From the NCBI GenBank assembly GCA_013239625.1, contig MU053881.1:13754373-13818372 (forward strand): a DNA stretch of 64,000 nt, read 5' to 3'. Below, one piece after another: positions 13,301 to 26,767 of this stretch. The position numbers and the translations under genes were made by a program. This DNA is from Lama guanicoe (taxonomy: Eukaryota). A model generated the notes under the pieces. That model did no database searches. It was given only the letters and a program-made list of their open reading frames with translations, and was not told where the DNA came from. Every line of letters begins with the position of its first letter. The stretch's first letter is position 1.

Positions 13301-14439
13301 CCGACGTTCACTCTGTTTACTTGGAAGCGTTGGCATTAACAGGACTTTACATTAGCTCTCATCTTTAGTGTTTAAGTCCAGACACTCTCCTCTACCCGTC
13401 ATTAAGGAGAATTTTGCAGGCCTACCATCCGCGGAGAGGGTCTTCCTTTGTGAGCTGTAGAGTGCTGCGGGGGCTCGGGGCCACGGCTCCGCCTTAGCAC
13501 GGCCGAGTGAGAGACCTGACTCCAGTTCCTGCTCTGCCACCTCTTCACTGTGTGGCTTGCGCTAAGTCTCTTCATCTTTCTGTGCCTTATTTCCTGAGCG
13601 TGCGATCACTGGGTATCCCAAGAACTACAGGGAAACTGAAAGGTCAATGCATAGAATGCTTAGTCCTGGCTGCTAGTTACTACTCACTGAGATCCCGTCT
13701 GTGGGATAAAAGCAGGGCGTCTGTCATGTGCGTAGTCCAGCGCACCATGGAAAATGCAGTTTCCGGATCTCAGGCACCTGAGCCTGCTGCTCCAGCAAGA
13801 GACCTGCGTAAATAAAAGTGGAAGCCTTGGAGCAGGGAAGGAGACTCAAGAAGCAGTCCCACGCGGTTCCAGTTTGCAGAATGGTGTCGCCAAATCAAAT
13901 GTATCGCATTGACGACTCACAAAAAGGTTAAGTGAGGTGCTAAGTGTCACAGAATTAATTTCATACCATCGGCATTTATTTCTGGAGCACCTGCTGTGTA
14001 CCAGGCACCATGCCAAGTGCTTGGGGATCCAAAAATAAGACAAACCTTGTGCAGAAAACCAGTCCTTCAGGGAAGGACTAGATGGGGTCCTTGGAGCAGG
14101 ATCTCAGGGCTTCATGCCAATGTGCAGCCTAGTGAAACTCCTATCTGCCTGAACTCCTCCATGTCTTTGGTAACTGGGAAATGAATTTAGAAATGAAGAT
14201 GGTTATACTTTACCCTTCTCCACAGCTTCATGATTATGGGTAAGAATTTTCTGGAAAAAAATTTTTTTTTCAATCAAGTTAATTATTAACCTTAATTGAG
14301 ACTGTACCCGCAGTCGTGTTTTGAGGCTGAAGTATACTAATGTGCCAGTGAGCAGTGGCCATTCATAAACTGATACAGACGTTCAGTACTCCTCACCCAC
14401 CCACCGCTCTCCCACCTCAGCCTGGGACCAAGACTCACG

Positions 14440-15355
14440 TCAGGGAGCTGTATTCCTGTGTTTTCTTCTAGAAGTTTCATGGTTTCGAGTCTTGTGGTCT
14501 TTCATCCATTTTCAGTTAAATGGTACAGCCGCTGTGGAAAACAGTATGGCAGCTCTTCAGAAAATTAAAAATAGAATTACCATCTGATCCTGCAGTCCCG
14601 CTTCTGAGAATATATCCAAAGGAAACAAAATACTAACTCAGAGATATCTGCACCCCTGTGTTCATAGCAGTATTATTTACAATAGCCAAGACATGGAAAC
14701 TACCTAAGTATCCACCTACAGATGAATAGGTAAAGAAGCCGTGGTATGTATGTATGTATATGTGTATATACACACATACACACACATATACATACATACA
14801 ACGGAATATTATTCAGTCATAAAAAATGAGGAAATCCTGCCATTTGTGACAGTATGGATGGACCTTGAAGGCATGATGCTAAGTGAAATAAATTAGATAG
14901 AGAAAGATAAATACTGTATGATCTTACTTACATGTGGCATCTTTAAAAAAAAAAAAAAGAAAAGAAAAACTCATAGAAAAAGAGACCAAAAGAGATCAGA
15001 CTTGTGGTTATCAGAATTGGAGGGTGTAAGAAGGGGAAACTGAAGGAAGGCTGTCAAAAAGTACAAACATTTAGTTATAAGATAAATAATTACTAGGAAT
15101 GCAGTCTACAACGTGATGACTGCAGCTAGCAGAGCTCAAGGATATAATAGGAAAGTTAACAGAGTAAATCCTAGGAGTTCTCATTACAATTTTTCCCTTT
15201 TTTTTTTTTTGTTGTTGTATCTATATGAAAAAGTGGGTGTTAGCTGAACCTTTTGTGGCAGTCATTTCATGATAAATGTAAATCAGACCATCATGCCATG
15301 AGGCTTAAAATTGTAAAGTGATAATATGTCAATTATTTCTCAGTAAAACTGGAAA
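14440..15355 (+). mobile_element. Older L1 3' end (ORF2 end plus 3' UTR) with a short inverted 5' segment (~14440-14518 on - strand)
   Basis: + part: 'tggtacagccgctgtggaaaacagtatgg...atggatggaccttgaaggcatgatgctaagtgaaataa...tcaattatttctcagtaaaactggaaa'. Inverted part 'tgtgttttcttctagaagtttcatggtttc...atccattttcagttaa' is homologous to 61583-61650. Confidence 0.85.
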
Positions 15356-16385
15356 CCATCAAAAGATAGAAAAATTGATAAGCTATTAAAAAGGATTGAT
15401 AATCAATATATTCTGAGTCTTCACAAAAATAAATATACTCTGTTATTAGTAAGAGTTTGTTGCAGTTAGTTTTCATTGATTGAAGCATTTGAGGCCTCTT
15501 AAAAAATAAGACACACAGATCTTCTCATCCATAATCAAAACAAAAAACATTCTGTAATCAGTTCATTTGGGGGATCATAATGTCAGTATTCATCCTTTAC
15601 TTTTAACTTTGCTGAGAAGAAATCATCCAGGAGGAAAAAAAGGGTCACTCTATCTGCACGGTCACCTAATTCTACTCCCTGGGCCCAGAATGCAACTCAG
15701 CACAGACAATGCTGGGCTAAGTCTTAAATCCCGCCTGCTTCCCCTCCTTTGCAAGTCAGTTTCTCCCTCCACCACCCACAGTCTGTTCACCTGTTATTTT
15801 CAAGTTCCTTGTCCTAAATTCTGCTGCATTTTGGCAAGCTGCGTGTTGCCTGCATTTTTATTGTCCAGAACTCTTCCTTTGCCCTGTTTATATTGACACT
15901 GCAAACGCAAAGTGACATCTTGTAACTGTGGGCATGAAGCATCAACTGAGTGAAGTTATAAAAAAAAAAGCTGTTTCTGGCATTTTTATCAAGTGCTTAT
16001 TTAATAAATGTTTCCTACTGTTTTTACTTCAAGTTTGATCGGGAATTCATCTACAATTAGGCTACTGTTGTATGCCCAATTCAGCAATTTATCTCCTAAC
16101 ACTCTTGCATACCTAGTACAGTTTAATTTTGTATGTATTTGCATCAAGACTGTAACTGCTTTGGAGGGGGTCGTGCCTTCCATTTCTCTGCATGCCCTAA
16201 GTAGAAACCATGAAAATGGTCCCAGCAACAGTATATTAAGCTGTTACATCATGACAGCTTTCCTCTAGGACTGGATTGTCATACCATTAAAAAGAGGAAG
16301 CAAGTGAAACTCACACTGTTTCGAGAGGCAGATTCAAATTCAGATGCTGTCATCTCAAAGCCAGTTCTCTCAACCACCGCGATAA

Positions 16386-16823
<438 letters not shown>

Positions 16824-19800
16824 AACATGGCCTCCCGTGGGAAGCAAGGACTAGACTCCTCCTTAAACCAGTTGTCCAGCCTGACGTAGAACGTGGAAAA
16901 CACATCAATCCAGGACAAAAGTGATGCTAAAATACCTTAGTTGCTGGCCTATCCTGTGGTCCATTTCATACCATTTGGGTTGCTTCTGCTAAGTCATGGA
17001 GACACTAAGGTCCTTGTGGTTTTCCAGTTAAAAAATGCGAGCGATTTGTACACGTGCTGGCAAGACTGAGTCTGAGTGTTCCACTTTATCTGCTTAGTCC
17101 ACAGCCTGTACCGAGGGGAATCACTGAGAAGATATTCTAGAAGGCTTAGTAGCATCCTCAGTCATTTTGCTGAGAAGTGGTCGTACCCAGGGACTCCCCA
17201 TCTTCATCCCCCAAGGTTGGCATGCTCTTGAGATGGCTCTGTGCGTGTGGAGCATGGTCTGCGGTGCCATGCAGACATGCTTACTGAAGATGGTCTGTGT
17301 CTGTCTTATTAAGATGACCATGGTGCCACGGGAAGTTAATTCCCACCGGACTCTAGAAGGTTCTTGTGTAATTCAAACAGGATAGGGAGAGTCAAGACAG
17401 AGACTCAGGAAACCTGTTTGGCCAGTCTCTTATTTGCTTGAGAATGAGACTCAACTACAACGTCTTCCATTTTGACATTTAGAGACGGGGAGACTCCTGA
17501 GCATTGTCACACGTGGTAGCCAAAGACATTTTTCTAAAAGGCTATTTCCTAGGCGGTTAAAATGAGAGTTAATAACCCAGTGCAGAGTGGAATTCCAGAC
17601 GCGACTGTTGTGACAAAATTAAAGCAAGGGAGCAACACGACCCTTACCAACCCCTTGCAGCATGTGGTCTGCGCTAGTGCGTTCAGTGGCAGAAGGGAGC
17701 GAGAGAGAGGGCTTTTTCCTCCAAATGCACAAGCTTCTGACAGCATACCTAAAGAGGCTTTTCTAGTTTATCTCATCAAAAGACAGCCCTAAAATAGAAA
17801 AGTTAGCGGAATTAGAAGTATCTTAGGTTACACTGGGAGTCGTTCAAATATGTGAATACACAGCACAGACAAAGCTAGCAAGCAGGAGGCGTCTCAGTCT
17901 GAGCTCTCTCTGCAACATTTTCCTACAGTTTATTTCCGAATTTAATAGGATATTTCTACAGAAGGATTTGTTCGTTTCTTTAGAGGATTCCTGGTCTTTT
18001 CCAGTTTTTCATGCGTCTGAAATTCTGATTATATTCTTAGGAGCCAGGTAAAGTAAGGCTTTGGAGAGACTGAGAGAACCATCTTTCCTCATAGGCAGTG
18101 ACGTTCACCTATATTATCTTCCATAGCAAACAGGACTGCAGAGATTATGTGCACAAATGGAGTTAGTCTGTGAGTTTGTCAGGTCTGATTTTTTAAGAGT
18201 GCTTTCATTGTGTGTGTTGCAATCTGCCTAATCAAAAAAAAAAAAAGGAAAAGTCACGGAAAATAGGATAACAGCAAAGCCACATTAGCGCGATGAATGT
18301 TCTGAGCCTCAGTTGATACTGCAGAAAAATACATAGCTGATGATCAGGCAGGCACGAGGTGGTGTTTTGACTCAACTTTTCAATTATGTCATTGTGCGTC
18401 TTTCTATACTGATTGGACATATGCATTCGTATGTTGGACAGGAAAGAGAATAAGCTAGTATATTTTATTTCTGTCAATGTGAGGTTCATATTTGCCTTTC
18501 TTGGAGAAAATAGTGAATTGCTCATTTTTCCTGGAAGTTTGATTTGATTGCACTTTTTCTTGGAGGGTGACTTTGCTATTTCTATTTACAAAACAAACAC
18601 AAAAAAAACGCTTCTTTTCAGAGTAACACCCCTAACTGTGCATAGTAGCCAAGGCCAGTATCTGCCTGTGGATAAAATGTATGTTTTCTTCCCCTGGTGA
18701 TTCAGCAGTTTGGAATATGATAAAGTCCTGCTGCCTTTCTACTCCCACTATCAGAGTTAAAAAAAAAAAGGATTTAGCATCCAGCTTTCTGAATTTGCCC
18801 CCAGGATGGGAATATATTTTTTTTTCACCAGCATAGGAAACTCTGGCCCTTATTCTTTGATTATACACTTGAACACCTCTGAATATGATCTTTGGGCAGA
18901 ATCCAACTGACATTCTGCCCCTGGGCTCAGAGCAGAGATTCCTCAAGTTTCTCCAGGGACACACTTTTCCTTGGGCAATCATTTTGGAACATCACACTAA
19001 TAAAAGTGCCTGCCCCTTGTTGCCAGGGGTTAAAGTTTGAGTAGCATATATCAGGAAGGAGCAAATGGATAACTCAGGTGCACAACTCCAAAATGCCATT
19101 CTGGAAAGGTTTTTCTAGAGATAACCCAGAGCTCAAGTCTAGAAGTGGGCTCTGATTTGCAATTATCATAAAAGCCATACAAATCCTTGATGTCGTCATT
19201 TATGGTTAACCACACAAAGTTGATGTCCAAGGAAGGCAACGGAGAAATCTAGATCAAAGTGGAGAGGAGCAGCTTCGCAGCATGAGCCTCAAAAGCATAT
19301 GACCGGCGATTCATTTCTGCTCGTAGTGATAAGAAGATTCTAGGGAGAAGGAGAAAAATAGGACCTTGGAACAAATGTCCTTGAGCGAAATCCACATATT
19401 GGCATTCAATAACCACATAGGTAGAAAAAACTGACTCATCCTGCCCAGAGATGATGGTAGACATAGAACTTATTCTTAAACTCTATTTTTATTGTAGTTG
19501 AATTGGCTTGTAGTCATCAAATTGGGGGCGGGCCAGGGAGGGGTGCTAGATCTTTTAAGTCTTCAAAAAGACCAGTCAGCTCGATACCCAGTGGTTACAT
19601 TTAAGGACCACAAAAGTGTGTCTTGGCCGTTCTGAGATGGTGTAACTATCAGTTTATACACAGATGTATAGTTTTTCTTTTCATTATAAAACAGCCAGAT
19701 AGCCAGCAATTAAGGTGTTTTTTCATCTTTGTGAAATTCATAGGCAAATTCTGACTCTAAAATGCACAGTCTAAATGAAATCCTTGATCTCAATCTGTAT

Positions 19801-22500
19801 ATATATATTGTACATGACTGCTAGTAGGTACGAAATGCACTTGCAGAATCGAAAACTCATGCAACATACTCAAGTGTTTGCATAAGGAATGTTACAATTC
19901 TTTCTACTGCAATTTAATAACAGGGGAAAAGACTTAAGCAGTGCCATCTAGACCTTTTCTCATTTCTTCAAAAGCAGTGCTAAGTGAAAATAACAATAAT
20001 AATAAAAATGGTGTAGAAACCAAAAGACTTTACATTCTAGCATTAGGAACACACACACACACAAACCTGTCAGCTTACAAAAGCACAACACATAGAGAAA
20101 GTTCAGCGGAATGCGGCATGGGGAGATGAATTATGTTCCTTTTAAGCAAGACCTGCATTAAATTGGCAACGAAGACAATTTCCATTTTCAATAGGTAACT
20201 GCGTTCCCGTTTTATGATTAAATTCTTACTCAACCACAAAAACAGCCAACAAACAATAGGTCTTACAACATATCTACATGTATATATGTGTATATATAGA
20301 TCCGTATAAACATACATATATATGCATTCATATGTTGGGAAACAAAAGGAATAAGCTAATATGTTTTATTTCCTTTCCTTCCTTAAACCAGTAGATAAAT
20401 ATTTTTAATTTGGCAACCAACAGATCAACATACTGAAACAAGTGATACAGGGTACTGAGCACTTCTCTATCAGCAAATCGATGCCTACCATTCTTGGGAA
20501 CCACTGCGCAGTCGGACACTAATAGTACTGTACCTCAGAACATGAAACCAACTAGTTCTCTCATTGCTTGTCTACCTGTTCTCTTTTTCAAGGAAACAAA
20601 TAGCATTGTCTGTTGGTGATTGAAAAACAGAAATGTCTTAAGAAAACAAAAATGATAACAAAAAAAAAAATTCCTCCTCGGAGGAGGGAAAAAAAAAATT
20701 ATGAAACCCCACCATGTTGGTTAGGGCAAATACTCTCAGCTGTAGCAATCATGCCATTTTGCTAAGTGTACAGAGTACGTGTAATGTGCGCAACCGTAAC
20801 TTTCACTGGGCGTGTGTAAATATTGAAACAGATTTCTTAAATATTTTTAACTCCTAATTTGTATTTTATGGTAAGGCAACGTGCTCATTCTGTTTATGGT
20901 TTAAGTTGATGTGTTATTATGTAAATAACTAAACATGCTGTAAATGAATAGTCCATAGATAACAAATAATGATTTTAGTTTTTTTTTCCCTTGATTTGTA
21001 TTTATTTTTTACTAAGTACGGTTACTGCCGTGCCCCAGCAGAGTCATTTAAACACCCTTTTGCACACATGGTTTGCGATCCCAGATAGAAGGGTTTCTAT
21101 TTGCTATCACACACACACTGACACACAGACACACACTCAGAGACTTCCACTTGGCTGCTCAGTCTCCCACTCTTGCCCCCTCCGTGGGAAATACTGTAGT
21201 GTTCATGCTGTCAAAGTGACACCCAAGAGAGAGCCTTAGAAATAGCAACTGGGAAAAGCAGGAATGAGCATTGCTCGCTTGATAGAGTTTTTTATGCGTA
21301 AGTATTCAAGAAACCAAAGGTCATAAATCTCAGTGTTCAAAGAATGGAAGTTGATACTGATGACACTACAGGAACTAAAAATGCTTATTATTCATACCTA
21401 CTCCAGAAATGTGTTCCACACAATCCATAGGGAAAACTCTTTCTTTTTAATAGTAGCCTTTTTGTCCTTAGATAGTATTATTCCTTTCAACCAAAGACTC
21501 CAGAATTAAAAAACAAAAAAAAAAAGGAAAAAGGAGGGGAAATGGGGGGGGGGGGGAGACACTGCTTCACACCAAAGGTTTAAAAAACATTTTTCAAATA
21601 CACTAGGAACATTGTAAAAACAAAAAATGGTAAGGAGCCAACAGAATGCTAATTAAGATACTGCCCTAAAGAAATCATTTAAGAAAAAAAAAAGCACTCT
21701 ACAATATCTATTAGCTATTTGGAAATTGAAGTAAAACATCTCTGTAGATATATAGATATAGATACAAAATGCTGACATCAGATTTTAACTTGCTTCAAAA
21801 ATTTGTTTTGCAATAAAGATAAATATGATCCAAAAGTGAAGAAAAGTGAAACTTTTGTGTTTTTTAACTTTAAAGCCAAATGGCTCTCTCCTGTCACATG
21901 TCCAGTAATCGGACGCCCACGTGTGTGTCCTGGCACATTCTGAAGCAAGTTGACAGTTCCACCAGCTTGTATCTTTCTCTCTTTAGTTCAGTAATCTGAC
22001 TTCACCTATGGTCATTTTAAACACATGAATTCAAACAAAGTTGAAAATAATTTAAATTCCATAATATTTTTTTAAAATTTTTATTTGCATGGGTGTTTAA
22101 ATAGTTCTGTTACCATGACTGTCCCTGCACAGTTCTGAACTGTCCTTTTATAAAAGTGACATTCTAGTTTCTTCACAATGTAGTGATTATCAGCCTTACT
22201 AATTACCTTGTAGCCTTTGTTAATATGCACATAATGCACATTTTCCAGTGGCTAGAAAATGCAAAACACCAGTGGGTATCATTGCATCTACCTTCATGTC
22301 TTTCTAAAAACAGGACTACAAAAATCTCTGGGATACGTGAGGTAGTATCAAATGAGGATTATCAATGAGTAGCACATAAGAATTATTTTCTTGAATTTAA
22401 ACTTACTACAACCAGTTTCAGCATGTAAATATATAATAATGTTGGCTAGTGTGTAATTCTTGAACTAAGAAGTATAAATAAAACTTTAAAAGATGTGTGT
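16824..22500 (+). other. GABRB2: GABRB2 long 3' UTR (~5.7 kb, inferred)
   Basis: Runs from the stop codon to a poly(A) signal with a downstream GU-rich element. No interspersed repeats recognised inside, whereas a MIR begins just after. Similar to my recollection of the long human GABRB2 3' UTR. Confidence 0.8.
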
Positions 22501-22512
22501 ATGTGTGATTTC
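22452..22512 (+). terminator. GABRB2: Distal polyadenylation site of GABRB2
   Basis: AATAAA at 22477-22482, upstream TGTA motifs (22424, 22452), downstream GU-rich 'tgtgtgtatgtgtgattt' from 22494. Confidence 0.8.
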
Positions 22513-22589
22513 ATTGGGCTCAGAAATTTTTTGATCTATTAATATGAATTTGTAGAATGTAGCTTTTGCGTCAAGCAATGAAAAATTTA

Positions 22590-22830
22590 GGAGCTCGGGA
22601 TCTGTGGTGGGACCAACTTGAGTTTGAGCCGTGACTTGTTACCTGTCAGGTGTATGATTGTGCATCTACTTAAAACATCTGACTCTCGGTTTTCTTATCT
22701 GAAGTAAAGATACCATTGTACCTCCTTCGTAGGGTGTTACACAGATGAAATGAAATAATCCATAAGAAATCCTTAGCGTGGTCCAAGATACACATTAAGT
22801 GATGTCAACAGTACGCACTATTGTTGCTGT
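22590..22830 (+). mobile_element. MIR SINE
   Basis: 'tgagtttgagcc...acttgttacctgtc...tacttaaaacatctgactctcggttttcttatctgaagtaaag...gggtgttacacagatgaaatgaaataatcc'. Confidence 0.7.
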
Positions 22831-25800
22831 TGTTAATTATAAGCACTGCAAGACTAGTCAGGAAGTGTAACACAAATTCTATTGTGAATCTAAAAGTTCA
22901 TAGTAATTATTGAATGTTCTTAGGTATTTTACATTAAGACTAATTAATGAAGAACTTGGCTTCAATCGGCAAAACACGATGAACATAATGTACTCAGTCA
23001 TATAACATTCACCATGTATCTGCTGAAGACATTACCCTAAGTACTTGACAGATTGAATACTTATTTAGTCCTTACCATATTCCTAAAAGTAGAGGAAACT
23101 CAAGATCAGAAAGAGTAAGTGCCTCATCCATCAGAGTGGAAGAACTTGGATTCTTACCCAGGCTGGACTCATGCCCCCAAAATCCTTGCAAGTTCTTTCC
23201 ACATCATCATCAGAAGCACATGACCAGATGTGTTCAATTCTCATTCATTTTGGCCATTTCCTAAGAAACATTTGCTGAGAGCCTGCCATCTGCCAGTCCT
23301 TGTGCTGGTGCTGGGATAACAGAGTTTAGGCTCACGAGACCCCCGCCCTCTTGGATCATAGGGCAGCTCTCCCACGCACAGGAACTCTCCTGAGGCCAGC
23401 GAGTTAGTTGGTGATCAGCCTAGTGTCTTTCACTCTTAACGACTTTAGAATGTCCAAACAGCACTCCACAGACTGGCAACCCCAGCAAGGCAGCCTGTTG
23501 GGACAAAATTGTCCAATAACATCATGATTAAAAGGAGCTATGGCTACAAGGAGTGACACCACTGAAAAAGACTCACCTATGGTAAAGACTCAGCTCTTGT
23601 CAGCACGCACTACCAATGGGAAATCATATAATCTAGAAACGTACAACTCTTATGTTTGCACTTGACATCCTTCATGGTAAGTTTCAACACTTCTGTCCAG
23701 CAGAAAGAACACATCTATGCTCGGACCCATGAACACGTTCACATAACTGGTGGTGTCTGTGTGTGTGCACGTGCATGTGTGGGTGGAGGGATGGCGAGAC
23801 CCAACAGGAAATGCTACCGTAGGTGGCGTTCATAGTCTGTTACTAGAGAACATTCCCCGATACTTCCACCCAAAAGAACTGATCAACTGGTAATGGAAAA
23901 GCACTCCCAGTCATATTCCAACTACTACAATTTCCTAAAGTGTACCCTTTAGAGATCCTTACTCTCTTCTGAAATGTGCTCTAATTACGATATATCACAT
24001 GACATTATACATACAGAATATTTCTCTAAATATTTCTCTAACCCACCTCCCAGAATAAAACCAGTTGAATGAGAATAATTCTCAGGGATGACAGTAGGCA
24101 CAGTCAGTCCATAATCCTTGATTTCCTAAAGCAGACAGCATCAAAATAAATACACCTTTGTCTCCTAAAATCTCTGTCCGAGCATCGGCCAACGTGCAGC
24201 CCTCTCCCGCCTTTCCCAGCACAGCATCACCCCCACCATGTGGACTAGAACCAAGGAATGATCGTGGAAGGACAAGTTCCAGACAAGCCCCAGACAGTTA
24301 GGCTCCTTTGGCGGATCTTCTGATCAGTGTCTTGATTGGTGCCTGTTCTGATCTCTTCTTCTGTTTCAGGTAGCTGGCTAGGTCATTGGTATTTATTTGT
24401 ATATTTATCTTTTCGTTTCAGAGGTTTTTATTGGCCAAAAAGGAAATGCTGCTGGAAGATGCTCAGAGATAATGCTTAGTGTCCCACAAGTACTGAAGAG
24501 AGTGGGTGCCTTTCCGGGTAAGCAGAGAGGCGGGGAATGTTGTCTCCTAGACGGGGAGGGAGAAGAACAGCAGGTTCCATGGAAGGAGAGACGTGCATAC
24601 TCTTTAGCGGTGATCTGGGGAAGCGGCAGACCTCAAAGCAGATGGCACCCGGGAGCTTAGGGGGCCAGCCCTTGGCATTACCCAATGCGTGCCTCTGAAG
24701 TGACAGAGTCTTTGATCACAGTGAAAGACTCAAACAGACTGGCGCATTGCAGGGGAAAAGAAATGTGGGTTTTCCTCTACAGCTGCATGTAAGATATTAG
24801 ATTCATCCCTGAGCTCCCACCTGGGACCCAGTGGGTCCTTGGTCCCTCCACCCCAGAAAGTGCTGTGAGAAGCAATAGAATGAATTTGGTATTAGATCAG
24901 TAATACACTGTTTCTAGTAATAGGTATCCAGAAAGGGGGCGGGTGGGGAGCAGGGTAGGGGGCGTGATCGTTGGCTCCAGTTCTGAAAGTTAGAAGGCTA
25001 ACAAGAGATATGAAATTTGGTTAGAGAATTGACATATGGTAAATCTTACATCTTGGAAACTCAAATGTGTACACAGGGCTTAATGGAATCATGTAACAAG
25101 TAACATGGGCTTGGTGTAATACAATAGGGAGTGGTGGGGACTGTGGGCAACTGGGGAGGACAAACTCTATCTAAAGAGGCAGCCACTACTGAGCCCCATC
25201 CACTTGTTGTCTTGAGGAATTGCAAGCGCAGTGTTGCCAGATGAATCTGAGAATTCAAGAAACCCCCAAAGCACTGCCCCTTTTGCTTTCTGGGTAAGTA
25301 CATTAGGGCAGAGAGACACAGAAACTTCCATGTTTCTTGTGCCAAAAAGCCCACCCTGACGTTCCATAGCTGTCAGCCTCAAGCTGAGGTTGAGGAAGGA
25401 GCATGGGATAAGCAACATGAGGCTGCATGTAGACTGAACAGGCTTCTAGGCCATCAGAACTGTGGCAAAATCAGTGTTCTTCCCTTTCCTGGAGGCTGAC
25501 ACTGGATAAATTATAAGAAAGGAAAATGGTACTTCTTTCAAAACAGAAAGTAGAGAAACTCTTTTGGCATAAACAGGCCCAGAAAATTGCCAGCAGAAGT
25601 CTTCACAACGTGAACCGTCTGGGGACTCTTAGATCACTCCCTGGGAGGACCTCTGTCTCTCTCCCCTACCCTTGGGCTCAAAGCCACTCATTGCCCCCCG
25701 CCTCGACACTTCCTGGGCCCACCCAGCAGGCAAGCGGACCTGACTGGAGAGTAAGAAAAAGTCACCTGAGCAGGGATTTTGGAGACAAGCAAAGAATTAT

Positions 25801-26080
25801 GAAGGGGTAAAAAACTGTTGAGAGAGCAATGAAGAGAAGAAAAGGGAAGGCAGGGGCGGAAGCTCCAGGGCACTGTATCACTGATGGAGGGGAGGGGGTC
25901 ATGGACTCAAGGATTCTCAGCTGCATCCAGAGACGAAGCGTGGGCACAGGTAGGCTGGGCGATGAAAGCGACCCACAGATTTCCACCCACAGATTCCCAC
26001 CTCCCCAAAGCCCCTATGCAGCCTGGAGTTTAGTGAATGAATCTGAAAGCGAAGAACTAATAAAAAGTTATCCGAGGGCA

Positions 26081-26188
26081 GGGGACGGTATAGCTCAGTG
26101 GTTGAGCATGTGTTTAGCATGCACAAGGTCCTGGGTTCAATCCCCAGTACCTCTATTTAAAAATAAATTAATTAATATTAAAATTAAA
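26081..26188 (+). mobile_element. vic-1-type camelid SINE
   Basis: GGGGACGGTATAGCTCAGTGGTTGAGCATGTGTTTAGCATGCACAAGGTCCTGGGTTCAATCCCCAGTACCTC followed by an AT-rich tail. Confidence 0.88.
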
Positions 26189-26767
26189 CCTTATCAAGAA
26201 ATTTCTGAGGTGAAGCAGCAATGGTAGGAGAGGGGAACTGTAAGTGAATTAGGAAAGTGGATTTTCCTAGTCTCAATAATAAAAATGTATATGGTTGATG
26301 AACAGAAGCTCAGAAACCACCAATCCATAGTATTAAGCAGAGGAAACTGGTCCTACCATTGGTGTCTTGGGAAAGGAGAGAAGGAGGAAGAAAGGGAAGG
26401 AAGGGTACAGGACAAACAAAGGGAAGAAGGGAAGAAGAACTTTAGAAATGCTGTCAGCACCTGACACGCCCCCGCCTCCCAGAATGTGACATGAATTTCA
26501 TTCTCTACACAAACTGTGTGGGGTGTGAACTCTTGCCGTGTTGCAGAGGTCATGAAATGGCAGAGTGGTGTTGCACCCAGAGCTGGCCAGCTCCAAATGC
26601 CGTGCCCTCAACCCCATTCCTTTGCTGCTGCCTCAGGTTAGCTTTTGGAGACAGAGCATCTTTAAGAGTAAAACTGGAAACATGGGGATTAAAAAGAGAG
26701 AAGTGTTAGAAGTGTTAACTCTTAAGTTTCCATTTTATGTTTATAGTTTTAGATTTTTTTAATGTTA

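Noticed and set aside
26081..26153. tRNA-Ala-like sequence
   Set aside because: It has an AT-rich tail, mismatched stems and two sibling copies in the window; it is a SINE, not a tRNA gene.
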